From assembly GCA_010093815.1 (NCBI GenBank), contig ML996580.1: DNA of 64,000 bases, one strand, 5' to 3'. The translations under genes were made by a program, and so were the position numbers. The stretch is from Pseudovirgaria hyperparasitica (lineage: Eukaryota). The notes beneath the pieces were generated by a model. That model was given only the letters and a program-made list of their open reading frames with translations, searched no databases and had not been told where the DNA came from. Positions 1 through 14,000 of this stretch are shown one piece after another. Each line of letters starts with the position of its first letter. Position 1 is the first letter of the stretch.

Positions 1-3000
1 GAGGAGTTAATCTTTGCCTTACTATACCCTATTACGGCTCCTACTTCCTAGAAGAGGTTAACTATACTACTTAAGAGCTATTCTACGAGGCTAGTGATAT
101 AAAGGAGATTATTAAACGTGTCTAGAATATAGTCCCATCGCTCTTGCGGGTCCTAGATGGCGATGATTCGGTTAATAGTGGACTCATTTATTTCCGTAGC
201 TTCTATAGCCTATCCGTGCGGAGTAGTAGATGGCCTCGATACCACGATAGCCGTCGATGGCCCTGCTTTAGCACTCACGACTCTTAACTAGGACCGCGTC
301 TATCTTATTAGTACTTAACGATCTTATAACTCTTTACGGGTAGGCGTTTTCTTCTTCGGCGGGGCTATTATTATTATTAGTTCTATCGGCGAGTTACGTT
401 CTAAGGAGAGGTGGTTTAAGCGAGGCGGAAGTAGAGAAGGAGGTTTTATCGATTAAGGAGGTATAGAGAGGTGTAAGAGGGAAGAGTTATGTACTATCTT
501 AAGTTCTCTTTTTTATGCCTCCTCGAATGCCGGGTATATGGTAATTTTTATAAATGATCCTTGCCAACGGCCGTAGGCCCGTATACGTGTCGAATCTGTG
601 AATGAATATATACTAGGTACATAGGAAATCTATGAATGAATGTGTCTACCGGGTATATGGCGGAATCTATGAATGAATAGATACCGGGTATATTCTCATC
701 CTCATGAGACTTCCTATAAGTATCTTTTTCTCTTATACCTCCTCCTTCTTTTCTTCCTTATTAGTTTCTAACAGGGCCCGTTCCATAGTAACGAAATAGG
801 CCTTCGATAGGTAGGCTTCGATTACACGACCGGTTTCAATGTGTGGTGGGTGGAATTTCGCGTAAACGCTATTATGTCTTCTTTCGAGCATTGCTTGCTT
901 TAATAATGGGTTTTATCATTTTATAGTGATGATGGGGTTCATTATCCTCTTTCGATGATGGAGTTCATCGTCATGAGACTGCTTTTACAAGCATCCCTTC
1001 CCTCCTTAAAAAAACTTCTATCCTCTAGAAGGAGATGTCGATTCTAGGGAAACGCAAATATTCCTCTCTATTAAAGCCTTGCGGAGTAGGAATCACCACT
1101 TCCACCCGGGTTCGTGTGGCGTCGTTAAGGTGTTCCGTGAGTTATTTATGATAGTTTTCCTCATCGCTACTCTCCTTATTTTCCTCGGTAATTCTTCTGA
1201 TTGGTAGTCGTGAGGGCTCGTCGTGACTCTCGTTACTCGCATTTCTTATAAAATATTTCTTTAACCTATAGCTAGGAAACGTCCCTCTGAGCATGGCTCT
1301 ATTAAGCTCCGCGAGCTTGTAAGTATAATTAAACACGGACTGGATTCTATATGGCCCCCTCTAATGCCACCTTAGCTTCCGCCCTATATCCTTCTATCGC
1401 TGCGAGTCGTATAGGAGGATAATCGTATCGACTGGTAACGACTCTTAACGAAGGTGATGGTCGTCATTCTATGCCTCTCTCGATTCCTTACGCGTTCGTG
1501 TCGCGTGGGCATGGGCCTCCTTAAGATCCTCGGATCTTCTCTTAAGTTATCTAGCTCGAAGAGCGAGTAAGTTAGACGTCGATCGCACCTTATCCTAAGG
1601 GAGCATTCGGAGCGACTCGAATTCGACTTCGATAGGCATGATTGGTTTATGGCCGAGCACGAGGTATACGGTACTATACCCTATACTAGCACGTGTCGTT
1701 ATTCTGTCTACCTAGATGACCGCATGGAGGTGGTCGGGCTAGTTCTTGAATCCGCCATTAGTTATCTTCGCGAGAGCATTAGCGAGTAGTATAAAACTTC
1801 TCTCGATAATCCCATTTGCTCGGGGATTATACGTAGACGTAACCTTCTAATAAATTCTATAGAGTCGGAGGAGCTTCTCTATGGCACCTATATTTTCTCT
1901 ACTACCGTTATAGGTGATTTTAGGAATGATTCTATATCTATAGATTACGTTCTTAAAGAGGAACTTTACGACGACTATGGACGTGGCCGCCGTACATGCC
2001 TCCGCCTTAGTCTATCCGCTTAGCTATTCTCGTATAGATACCACTTTACTATACCCCATGGAAGGTGGTAGTGCCGTTACGTCTAAGTGTATTCTTTACT
2101 AAAGAATAGGCGTTGTAACGTGGTAGAGCCCTTTATTAAGACCTCCGAGGAGCTTACTTCGTCGTTAACATTCGTTATAGGTTTTCACGTGCTATCGCAC
2201 GTCTCTACGTATACCTACCTACTAATACTTATCCTTAATCCTTCCGAGGGTCCCTTCGCTGCCTCTATGATCTATCTCGTCGTGAGTGGTAGTAATTATA
2301 CGCGCCCTAGTATTCGGATCCTTAATTACTCGTGTGTGTTAGTAATACCTATCTCCTCTCCGCCAGAGTATTCGGTCACGCACAAGGAACTTTAGGTAGT
2401 CGGTTATAAAGGCCTTATACGCTCGGTTGGTTAGGTCGGTTAGCCTCTCGAGTGTAGTAAGATACTTCGTAATCCTCTACCATTTATCGCTATATTCATC
2501 TATTAAGGGAGACTTAATGGCGGTATAGTCGAGTGTCCCTATCGTGTAATCTCTCCCGCTAACGGGCTTGATTAACGACGTCTCTAGCACGTCTATATAT
2601 AGAGCCATGTCCACGAACTCGTCTAGGTTAAAGGTAGGGACGTCTGGTGGTTCTTCTCCTTCGTATATCCGTGAGATGCCGTCGGCGACTACGTTACGCT
2701 TCCTAGGTACGTGCCTAACTATGAAGTTCTACATCTAAATCCACGCGAGCCACCTAGTAACGAGCGCCCCTAGTAAGTTAGTTACGGTGCGGTTGATTTA
2801 AGCGACTAGAGTATTCGCGTCTATTTCTATAATAAAGTGCGTGCCATAGAGGTATTACTAGAACTTCTATAACGCGTGGAGGAGGGCTCGGTACTCTAGC
2901 TTCACGGTGTCGTAGTTTCTCTTAGCTTTTGACTATATTCCTCTATTATACCGCGATAGCTAACGTTTACGATCCTCGTTCTCCTACATTAACGTAGCTC

Positions 3001-4657
3001 CCCACCTAACGTTACTAGAGTCTACTACTAGGATTATGTCTCCTGCACCTGTCCCGTACCGTAACGTTATTAGTGCGGGAGTAGTGGTTAGAGCCATCTT
3101 TAGCGCGTCCATCGAGGTCTACTCCTTAGCTATCTACTACTAGGCCGATTTATTCTTTAATAGTGTAAATAGCGGCGATGCGATAACAGCGTACCCGGGG
3201 ATCCATATCCGGAAATATATATAAACGCCAAGGAAGGCTCGCACATTCGTCGTGTTTTTATAGGGTTTCCAGTCCCTAATAGTAGTAACCTTTTTATTAC
3301 TCGGTCGCCTCCCTTTAATATCGTAGACGTATCCTATAACGTTAGCGGCTTCAATACACCACTAAGTCTTCTTACTACTTAGGGCGTATCCGGCGCGCTC
3401 TATATCCGCGAGAACCTTATCCACGTTAATTAAATGTTCTAGGATATACCTACGAATTCTAGGCAGGGCCTCCTTAGAGTTATATTTCGTCGTAGGTCCT
3501 TTAATACCTAAGTCATCTAGAAATGGCAGAGCCCTCTCCGGGATGTGTTCTTATATGATAGTTAACATGATTCTAACGAACTAAGCTACTGAATTAGTAG
3601 CCCCTTAAGGCAATGTTATCCCGCGTAGTAATCCTAGGGGCGTTATAAACCCCGTTAAGTCTCGGTAATGCTCTACTAATGGAATCTAATCGTATCCTAA
3701 GAAGAAGTCGGTAAACGTCAAGACGGCTATCCCCGTAAAGTACTCCGAGAACTCTTTATACGAGGGCGGCATGGCCGCATCACGAATAGTAACTCGGTTG
3801 ATTTCTATCGCCGAATTAATTAACCTGTAATCTTGTTCCTTATTGGCTTCCTTCTTCTTTTCCACGAGAAAATAGACGTTTCGATAAGGACCACTATAGG
3901 GCTCGAGCCTTCCGCTATTAAGACGCTCTTTTAGAATCGTGAGTACCTTCCTATAAAGGGCTCTAGGAATATTAAAGTTCTTAGCCTACCATGCCTTATG
4001 TTCTACCGTTCGGATCTCCTGCGGAGGTGCCACCTCCTCGTTAAATTTACCAAGGTGTGAGAATTCCCATGCTAGTGCTTCCTCGCGATGTAATAAGATC
4101 GTATATAGTAACTTGAGTTCCGCGGGACGTAGCTCTATTCTAATCTTTAGCTAACTTATGCGTAGAGGCGTTAGACGTGTTCCTAGCGGGATAGTTACCC
4201 TTCGAGGCTCTATTAGCCTATTAAACGCGTTAAGGCCTAGGTGGACGGCTAGAAGAAGTACCTACCGTGCGATTACTCGTTCACGCTAGTCTAGATACCC
4301 TAATAGATTCCTAGGAACCTTTCGGTGGGCTTCGGAGTCATCTACGGGGTGTACTTTAACTCCCTTTCTTTTATACATGGTGGCCATACTAAATCCCTTT
4401 GATACCCCGGATGAATACCGTCTTTAGAGGCCGGTGGAGCCTGCTATAAGCTATTCTATTATCGTGCCCTATTTATGTACGAAGGTAGCATACCTTGCCG
4501 CCGTAACTAGGGCGGCTAAGTCATCTTTTCTCGACAACCGAGTAACATTTTTAGGCCGGATTTTCTCGGAAAGCAACTCTATATAACTCATTTCTATATC
4601 CGTATAAAAATATAGCCTATCCCCTTCGTTGGTGGGTTTACCGGACCCCATTTAGTA

Positions 4658-4696
4658 CGGATTATTAGTTAAGGGTAGCCCTTAACTAATAATCCG
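4658..4696. repeat. Shared 31-bp palindrome, copy in element A pol (18-bp perfect arms)
   Basis: CGGATTATTAGTTAAGGG-TAG-CCCTTAACTAATAATCCG. Confidence 0.95.
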
Positions 4697-7376
4697 GCTC
4701 AACTCCGGCTTCCGGCGACATGCTCCGCCATATAGTTAGTCTCTAGCCACGGAGTTACCCTCCTTCTCTAAGACTAGAATATACTCGTCCGGGCTGGTTT
4801 CGAAGGTTACACGTTCTTATCTATATACGGAGTGGACTATTAAGAGTACTTACCCGGAGGCTAACCTCTGCACTATAAGTAAGGCCTATCTGGTATATGG
4901 CTCCCCTAGGATAAGGTTATGATTGAGTTCGCTATATACGAATATCGAAGTGGCCGTAATAATCCGACCTATGCGGATAGGGCATTACTATACTATTCCT
5001 ACGAATAGAGTGCTATGCTAAGTAGCGCTAACCAAACTCGAGTTCTTTATATATGGTGGAAGCGAAGATATTACTAGCCCGAGACGCCTCGTAGCATCTA
5101 GTCGAATACCATTTATCTATGCGCCACTATCGAATAGTGCTATACTAGTTGCCCTTTTAGGACTAACTTCCACGGGGTACCTCGGACACTCGGCCACCAG
5201 CCTTACTATCCCTTCCTTAAGCTAATTAATATCTTGTTACGTGATGGCCGTCCCCGTGGCATGGAGGGGTACTAATATATTAAGTTTATTTATCTCGGGA
5301 GCTATAGCATGGTCGTTTCTTTCTTTCTTCTCGGCTCTCTCTTCTCGAGCCTCGCGGACCTCTCTAGCTATAAAGTCGGGGGCGCCCTTCTCGAATACCG
5401 CGTGACGTAAGTCGCTATTAAGGCTTAATAGTTCGCTAATGGTAATATTCATGGTTGTCCCTAGAACGCGCACCAGCCATGCTTCGCTAGCTTCTATGCT
5501 TAGCCGCTGTCCTTCGCGTAGATAGTTATTAAGCTTAACGCCTCGGATGCGTGCCTTTTAACTAGGATTTAGGCCATCCCCTTTATCTATCTTATCCTCC
5601 GGCGCCGTTAGCTCTTATTTAGACGTTCCCTGGTCGCCACTCTTCTCGCCGTCCTCCTATTCCTCGATAATCCTTACGTACTACCCTTCACGCATTCCGC
5701 GGAGACGGGCGATCTTTCTTTCCTTAGTACGATTAGGTGTACTCTTCGTGATCCCCCTTCTAGATATTATAAGTATAGCGGGCTCTTCTAGGGCCATCTC
5801 CTCGCGGATATATCTATTACTAGCCACGTCGAAGCGTTCGTGGAATTCTATATGTCTATCTTTCTTACTCTCGGGCGACGTGACTTCTTCTTCCGAATCG
5901 CTATCCGCCGAGGCCTAGTAGGGACCCTTCGTAGGTTTTATACTAATACTATATACCGGCACTCCCTATAAAGCGTTAATGTTTACTACGGACGTAGAAA
6001 CCTTCACTCCTCCTCCGTACTAGCTTAGGCCGTTTTAAACCGTTACTACGTAGTTCTAGATAGCTTATAGAGTAGCTTATAGCCCTACCGAGAAGGGTAG
6101 TAATGGGATTTCTTCTCCGTTCGCCCCGAAACGCCCTCGGAACACTCGCACCCCGTTAACATTTAGTAATCCGTCTCTAATGTATCCTACCATCTCCGGA
6201 CATCTATATATTAGATAATCTCCTCCGTACGTAATGCATACGATCGGTCTTCGAGGCCTATCCTAGGCTATAACACCTCCTTGGGAGTCTCGGGTGGAGA
6301 CGTATTCTCTATTCTATGTATAATTCTATGGATAAACTTGCGTTAGTTCCATGGGCATGCCTCGTGCTTAGGGATATGCTGAAAGATTTAGCCTTCGCGC
6401 CTACTAGTTAATAATGGCCGAAAGCAGCTTAGGTTCGTACTTCTTAAGGGATGGGAATGAGGGATTAGAGGCAAAGCAGGACTTTATCTTAATTAACGTA
6501 AGGTCTAGTTTGCTAAATCTTTCTACTATCTCGTTAAACTTATCCGATTCTAGCGCGACGTGTACTACGACTAGAGAGGGGTGGTTAAATTCATTAGTTC
6601 TTCTTTCTTTATGTGACTACTCTTCTAAGCCGGTCTTCTTACTCCCTATCTTTAATTTATGGTACATGGCTATGGCTAGCTCTTGTGCGGCTAAGTGCTT
6701 ATTAATACGAGCTAGTTCCTTAAGTGCTCTGGCCTTTCGTGATACGAAGCCATAGATAATTACCTAGTTATAACTATGTGCTTCCATCGTGAGTTGACAT
6801 TTCTCTATAGCCCGAGCCTTAAGACTATTAGGCAGCCCTTCTAGGAAGAGCTCTATTCGCGAATACGAGCTTAGGCTTCCTTTAGCCGTAAGTTTCTCCG
6901 TGATAACACGATACCGGGAGTAGTACATAGGGAGAGAGTAGAATAGGTCTACTTTAACCATTTCCACGTATTTTCGGACAAAGTAGATGGTGCCTTCCTC
7001 GAGGGTAGAGTTAAATGGAGAGAATTCCTTTAATAATTCTTCACGTAGCGTGGCCTACTACTATTTCTAAAACCTACTTATTCCTTTAATAGTAGGACGG
7101 AGATAGTCCTCGTAGTATGATGGTAGGGAGGTTATCTTCTTATTAGGCGGAACTTCGTAGTTTATATACATGTCCTCGTACTTCCGAAGGAAGGCCGTAA
7201 TGTTTATTCCTTCAAAGCGCTCGGGGGCTAGGGTGGGTAGAGGTACTATCCTTCCTTATCGCGCAAATACTACGAAGAAGTCAAGCATCTCTCTACGAGT
7301 TACTAGGTCGTTGTTTTAAGCTCCTATCGCACCATTACTAGTAGTAGGTATACTAGTAGAGACGCTGGGGGTAAGG

Positions 7377-7404
7377 TTATTAGTCAAGGGATTACCTTAA
7401 CTAA
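7377..7404. repeat. Degenerate copy of the shared palindrome near the element A gag start
   Basis: TTATTAGTCAAGGG-ATT-ACCTTAACTAA; retains un-RIPed TCAAGGG. Confidence 0.7.
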
Positions 7405-7911
7405 AGGTTGGCCTAATGCGCCTACCCACAACACCTATCATCCCTTCTCCATGTTAACTAATCCCTTTATAAGGTGAACTATTACTATCGTCTTCATCGA
7501 TATAAGGTTCACGGTACCCTACTTATGTTATTATCTTCGTGTAAGGCGTTCCTAAAGTAGTATACTCGTGTGGCCGTGTTTGTAAATGACAGCTATGGCA
7601 GCACTAAACAGGTTGTATTTGTCATTTTTGAACTCTTCTTTACTACTTCATCTAGCCCTGTTTTATATCCCATTCCCCTAAGACATTTTCGAGTCGCGCT
7701 ATCACCCGTGTTAGCATACGCATGCTTTTTACGGCTTCTTTTAAGAGGCTAGCCCCTAGCGACTCCGGACTCCCTGTTTTCCGGACTCGTGGCTTCGATC
7801 TAGTAAGTCTAGACTGCCTTATTAGGCACGCCATATACTTCCCCTAAGCTAGTTTCGGAGTCCTAATCTCCCCCTGTAAGTTCGTAGTCCGGGTACGACC
7901 TCTAAAATTAT

Positions 7912-7926
7912 GGTAAGCCATCGCCA
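7912..7926 (-). promoter_or_regulatory. Primer-binding site of element A (TGGCGATGGCTTACC)
   Basis: TGG complementary to the tRNA CCA end, 2 nt inside the LTR; tRNA identity not determined. Confidence 0.75.
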
Positions 7927-7928
7927 CG

Positions 7929-8279
7929 TGTATCCCTTAAGTAAATGGCTGTGTTCCTAGTATAGTAGTCACGACGAACTCACAAGTATCTCTCCCAGGT
8001 ATTATGAGTTCTCTTTGAACGCACGACTTCTTATTAGTTCTCTTTTACGATAGGACGGGTCTATACAATACTCTCAATCAATTCTTCAATAGCTAAGCCT
8101 AATAATCAATACCCATAGAGGCCCATGAACGTAAGGAAAGGTCGAATAGTCGAATATTAGTGATGGGGGAAGCGTGCCGAGCAGAATGACCAAGGAAAAC
8201 GCCCTCCTTAAATATACAATGAGCCATGTAATCGAGCTAGGGACACATACATGTAAGGCTATAGGAGCGGCCTTCCACA
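7929..8279 (-). repeat. 5' LTR of element A (351 bp)
   Basis: Minus strand starts TGTGGAAGG (8279) and ends GGGATACA (7929). It is followed 2 nt later by a TGG-starting PBS, and homology to element C begins exactly at 8280. Confidence 0.85.
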
Positions 8280-8704
8280 ATAGATTAACGATAATTAGGT
8301 CTATATAGCGAGGTTCTATATCTTCTTACTAATAGTTATAACTTACTAGTATAATTTACTATAGTATTATCGGAACGTTAATATCTCCTTCTAAAAATTA
8401 AGGATAGGGTTTAGGCGTCTAAGCTAAGGTATCCCTAGAATTATATTCTATTAGCTAATATTAGCTATGATAAATTTATTAGATATCTACTATTTTATTA
8501 TCTTTAAGTTATGAACTTTATAATTTATTATAGCTTTATCTAAAGTTCTAACTTTATATCTATTAACTATAATAGTTTAGCTAACTTTACTAAGATTATA
8601 CGATAATCTATACTCCTTTATAAGAATCGATAAAATATAGTTATCTTCTATACTAGTATCTACGAGGGCCTATATAGTTTTATTACTATTTACTATAGAT
8701 AATA
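8280..8704 (-). mobile_element. Protease-region fragment of a second C-family Gypsy copy (target of insertions A and B)
   Basis: Colinear with ~20823-21246 of element C, differing by transitions. Homology stops exactly at the A LTR (8279) and the B LTR (8705). Confidence 0.9.
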
Positions 8705-8944
8705 TATAAGAATTATAGACGTAGGATAGTAGTCTAATAGGTTATAGGAGGATTTAGAAATATATTTAAAAGGGTAGTCTACTCTTCTAACGAGGTTAAT
8801 TCCTAAAGAGTAGGAATTAAGTATATATAACCTACTTATATAGTAGTCTTGCTTATTCTAGCTAACTTAACCTAGGTCTACCTATTACGGACCGTACTAG
8901 ACTATAGTAGTCTAGTTAAGTCTATTCTAGTATTAGCCCTAATA
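8705..8944 (-). repeat. 3' LTR of element B (~240 bp) with adjacent polypurine tract
   Basis: Plus-strand termini tataag...ccctaata (RIP of TGTAAG...CCCTAACA). The minus-strand PPT AAAAAGAAGAAGGA at ~8948-8961 abuts the LTR. Confidence 0.7.
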
Positions 8945-10987
8945 ATATCCTTCTTCTTTTTATACTTCGCTCTAAAGTACTTAGCTATATATAAATCTAT
9001 AATTCTATAAGCGTTATATTTATACGTATATCTAATTAAATCTATATAATATTATTAATAGTCTTTATATTAGTAAACTTAAGCTCTAGTTTACTTTTAT
9101 TTATATACGCGTTTATCTCTTACTTCCTAGCTACTACCTTAGAGATAGCTCCGCGGGTTATATAACCGCTATATTAACTAAGCTTATATTTAGTTCTCTT
9201 ATTCTAAATTTTCTTCTCTAGTATATCTATCTTACTCTTAAGGTAAGTTATTAATTCGTATACTATCTCCTTTAGTTTAGATCCGTTCGGGTCTAGAGTA
9301 GTCTATTTTTATTAGAGCTAGTTCTATATAATCTATTCGCGTTATTACGGTTACTAATTTAGCTTCTTTAATCGCCTTTAAGACTAAATAAGTATTCTAC
9401 TCTTAGATCTCTAGCTAATATATATATATAGATATCTAATACTAGTTCTATTTCTAAGCCTATCTTCTTCTCTTATAAGACTTACTCTAAAGGGATTATC
9501 TCTACCCTAGCTATACCGGCTAAAAAATCTACTTATTATAGTAGTATAAAGGCGTACTCTAAGTTAGAGAAGAAGGTAGCTAAGACTACTACTACTATTA
9601 CTACTAATATAACTACTAGTTACTCTAATCTAGATAATTCTAGTACTAGTATTACGGAAGAGATAGCTATAAAGCCTATCTATATCTACTCGCGCTGTCT
9701 ATCTACTCTATCTCCTTTAGAGGATAAAGAAGATCTTATTATAGATAATAATTGAGAGTTTACGCCTTTGCCGCCTTACTCTAAATACTATTTCTCTTTT
9801 TAGTCTAATATAGATTAACTTAGTTACTCTAGGTTCTTTTAGAACCTTAATATTTACTCTAAATCTAGCCCTAGTAATAATAAGATCTAGGTTACTAAAG
9901 ATACTAAATATAGTTATAGTTTACACTATAGAAAAACAGTAAACTATAGTTTAATATACTTTAAGTATATTAAGGCTCACGTAACCGGCTCTAAATATCT
10001 CTTCCGCTCTAACTCTAGTATTAGCTACTACTCTACTAACCGCGATAGGCCTATATACCTAATCTTTAAGCTCTCTACCCGCTACCACCGCTATACTATC
10101 CTTAGTAAAGTTTATCTTTAGGTAAGTCTATTAGACTATTTTAGTCTAGGGTAATCTAAAGTTATCTATACTAATATATTTTTAGATTTCTATTTATATA
10201 TAAGATATATATAACGATCTTCACGTCCGTGAGACTCTTAGCGGTTCTAATAATTATCTAGCTTCTATACGTAGGGAGTTTAGGGAGTACTATAAGCTCT
10301 TTTTAGAGATTATTAAAGTATAAGTTTAGAAACTATTAATTATTATTAACCTTAGCTTATAATTTTTAGTCGCCGTAAGATTTCTAGTACTTAGACTATC
10401 TATTCTAGAGAGTTAGTTTTAGCTACTAAGGCTATAGAAGAGATTCGTGCTATTTCTTCCCGTCTACCTCGTGCTACTAACGGGTCTTATAAGAGATCTA
10501 CTAGTTCTCCTTCTAAGTTACCTTATAAGAGGGTATATATTCTATTCTAGATTATTCTAGACTATATTAGCTAACTTTAGGTCTAGTTACTCCGCTCTAG
10601 CGCTTAGTTATTATCTTACTAGACTCTAACTAAGCGCGTGGTTACTCTAGAAAATAAGGTCTCTAACCTCTATTACTCTATTACTCGGTTAGTTCGTTTA
10701 CTACGCTCTAAGAGTAATAATAAGATAGAGGAGTAGCTCTATGGCTCTATTTACTAGGGTTTCTATATAGTATATATTAGCTCTATCTACCTAGTTTCTA
10801 TCCGTTTTAGTCCTTTTTAGACCGTTTAGATATCTATCTACTAGTTTTCTAGTAATTTAATTCTTAACTTAATAATATTATATACGTTCTTATTTATTCT
10901 ATAACTATTAAATTCTAGGTTCTAATTTCCTTTAAGTTACTTAAGTATAGGTATTATATATAAATTAGTTTATCTCTCTAAATTATA

Positions 10988-11037
10988 TTAGAGTACCCGA
11001 ACTAGTAGTCTAGTAGTTATTAGTTCGGGTACTCTAA
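10988..11037. repeat. Inverted repeat/hairpin in the element B 3' region
   Basis: TTAGAGTACCCGAACTA ... TAGTTCGGGTACTCTAA; 17-bp perfect arms, extendable with transition-type mismatches. Confidence 0.9.
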
Positions 11038-14000
11038 CCTTTTATATTATATATTACAAGTTTAATTCCGTAGTAGGGTACCTTTTTAGTTTCTTAGTCC
11101 TATATTCTTCTTATATATAATAGTCTATATTAGTCTATTCTAGACTTCTCTATATTATTCTATTATAATATATCGCGTCGCGTACCTATAATGGTTATTT
11201 ACGTTTTCTTCGTGTTTAGTAACCGTATATCGCTTAAATTATAGGGCTATCTTATAGAGTTTTCCTAGTATACGTTTAGGATTTATAATTTAATACTTCG
11301 TTCTCTATAGTATTCTTCTTCTTTTTATAATAGCCCCGATAGCGCTAGGTTTACGGTAGTAATATATTATTCTATAACCTCTATTTATATATAGCTATTA
11401 TAGTACTTAAGATATACACCGTAGGTTTCTAGGTATTCTTATCCTTAGTATAGTTCTTCTAATAGATTTAATACTTTTAGATACCGTTCTCGTCGAGCCT
11501 ATGTTCGATAATATAGTCTACTTTATATATATCTAGTCTATCTTAGGGTATAATAGAGTATAATTATACGTTCATGCGTTTATATACGTTAGGTCGAAAC
11601 CTTTTAAGTAATAAGATATAGAATATATTATAGACTTTTATATCGTTTCCTAGGTCGAGCTTATAGACTCTTATACTAATATAACATTTAATTTAGAAGA
11701 GACTAGCCATTTTATAATCGAGCTTTTTATTTACTCGTAACGTTTATATATTATAGATATTAAGAAGGACTTTATCTCCCTTCTTATATACTTAATCTTT
11801 AACTAATCTATTATAGTACTTTATATATAACTTATTTACTTACTAGATTATTACACGATAGTTACGTGCGGTTTTAAAGATTTTAATTACTAGTTTCTAT
11901 ATATAGATGTTAATATCTATCGTTTAGTCGAACTAGACCGTATAAGATTCGAAACCTATTCTTAGACTACGTTCTAGGTTCGCCTAGAAGGGCGTGATAT
12001 CTATTATACTATAATAACTATTATTATACACGAATTCTACTATACTTAGTAGAGAGGCCTAGTTATCTTATTTAAAATTATAGAATATATAAAGGTAGGC
12101 CTCGAGTGTTTAGTTCTATCGCTCTATCTAACTATCTATTTATAGATGGAATACTATTAATATATTTCTATTTATACTAGCTATTTCGTAGAATAATGTC
12201 TAGAATTTAGACGTGAATATACTCCCTTAGTCTATAATAATTCTTTTTAGTATACTATAGACCTTAATAATCTTATTCTAGAATACTTATACTAGTTCTT
12301 TTAATATAATCATCTTCTATATAGGGACGTACCTAGATATCTTTATAAGTCTATCTACGATAATAAGAATTAAATTATAACTTATTCTAAGTATCTTACT
12401 TAGAGATAAGTTAACTATAAAATCTATAGTAATATCTTTCTATATAAAGAGGGGGACTAGTAGAGGCTATAAGTTCCTATATAGCTTATATCTAGGTACC
12501 TTTATTCTTTAATAAATTAGATAAGTAGCTATCTATTCTTTAATATACTTAGGTATATCTTTCTAAAAATAGTACTAACGAATTAAGCTTAGGGTACATA
12601 TATACCCGAAATATTCTACTAGGTTAGCGTTATAGTATTAGCTAACTATAGTAAATCGTACGTTATCTATCGGTATATAGTACTTTCTATTATAGTAGAG
12701 TAAGCCGTCTATAAAGGTCTACTTATAGTCTACTTCGGTCTATAATAACCTATCTTACTATATTTTATATAACTTTAAAACTATTAGGTCTATCTTTTAT
12801 AGATCCACGATTAACTAGGCGAGGTCTACTTAATATATATACCGGGTACTATCGCCCTCTCTAATAGCGCTAATAAATAGCTCGCTAGGGACTTCGGTAC
12901 CACGTCTTTAGTTACTAGCTTCGGTCTTATAAATTTAATTACTAGTATTAGTATTAGTATCTCGCTAATTATTAGATAACTTATTATCTAACCTCGTCCT
13001 TAAGAGTTAGGCCTATAGCTACTCTAGAACCCTATAGCTACTATAATTCTAGGCGCCTTCTTTATAGTTAGGTCTTCTTAATATTCTATTAGCTAGATTT
13101 ATACTTCTAGGTTAATAGTAGATTATAAAGTAGAAATTTATAAGCTACTTAGTCTATTAAACCTATTAACGATTTAAAACTATTATACTTATAAACCCCT
13201 TTAAGTTATAGTAATTAGTTAGTAACTTAACATTATATATAGTACCTTTAAGATAATATCACCACTACTTAAACAACTCTACTATTACTAGTAGCTCTTA
13301 GTTATAAATAGTATATCTAGTCTTAATATTAGCTATCTTACGCGAGAAGAACGTAACTAGATACTATTAGACCTTTTTAGACTCTATTAGTCTAGGCTAG
13401 AAGAGTATACCCGAGATTATAAATTCTAATATATTAGTTTTAATATAAATAGATTTAGTTAGGTTAAAGTACACTAGTAATAGAGCGGTTATAAATGCTT
13501 CTTTAATCTTCTTAAAGGATATTCTTTTAACCTTAGTTAATTTAATAGGTTATAATTTAATATTATGCTATTTCTATCTACTACGGACTATAATAGACGA
13601 GTTAGTAGTAGTAGTATACGTATTAAGTAGTGCGGCTAAATAGAAGAAGTATTTAATAAATTTTTAGTAGTAGTTAGTAAAGTTAATAAAGATACATATA
13701 TCTTAAACGGATTTTAGTTTAGGCTAGTCTATAATAGTAGTAACTCTATCTCTCTCTATAGTTATACCTTAATTAGTAATAATAAAGCTAAGAAAGTTAA
13801 TATAGTTCTAATGGAACTTATATTTAGATAGCTTAATATATAGCTTATACTTTTCTAGTCTATCTAGGACTATATATATATACTAGATATACTCCTTCTT
13901 ATTATCTAAGAAGATAAGAATATTATCTAGGTACACGATATATATCGTGTTAAGTAGGCCTACTAGCGCGTTATTAATATATACTTAGAAGGTATCTAGC

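Larger units (their letters stand above)
1142..7450 (-). pseudogene. RIP-inactivated gag-pol of element A (5' boundary approximate)
   Basis: Domain order gag-PR-RT-RH-IN. PR and the RT-upstream motif MYKRKGVKVHPVD (4378) share one frame. ORF-track piece 1142..1336 is the integrase C-terminus. Confidence 0.85.
1..8279 (-). mobile_element. Ty3/Gypsy LTR retrotransposon A (tRNA-primed, no chromodomain seen); 3' LTR lies left of the window
   Basis: Minus strand: gag zinc knuckle ~6200-6245; protease ALFDSGA ~5120-5140; RT GFITPLGLLRGITLP*GATNSVA*FVR ~3570-3655 and ALPFLDDLGIKG ~3500-3535; RNase H IILVVDSS ~3015-3040; integrase YNPRANGIIER ~1800-1830; LTR and PBS at the right end. Confidence 0.95.
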
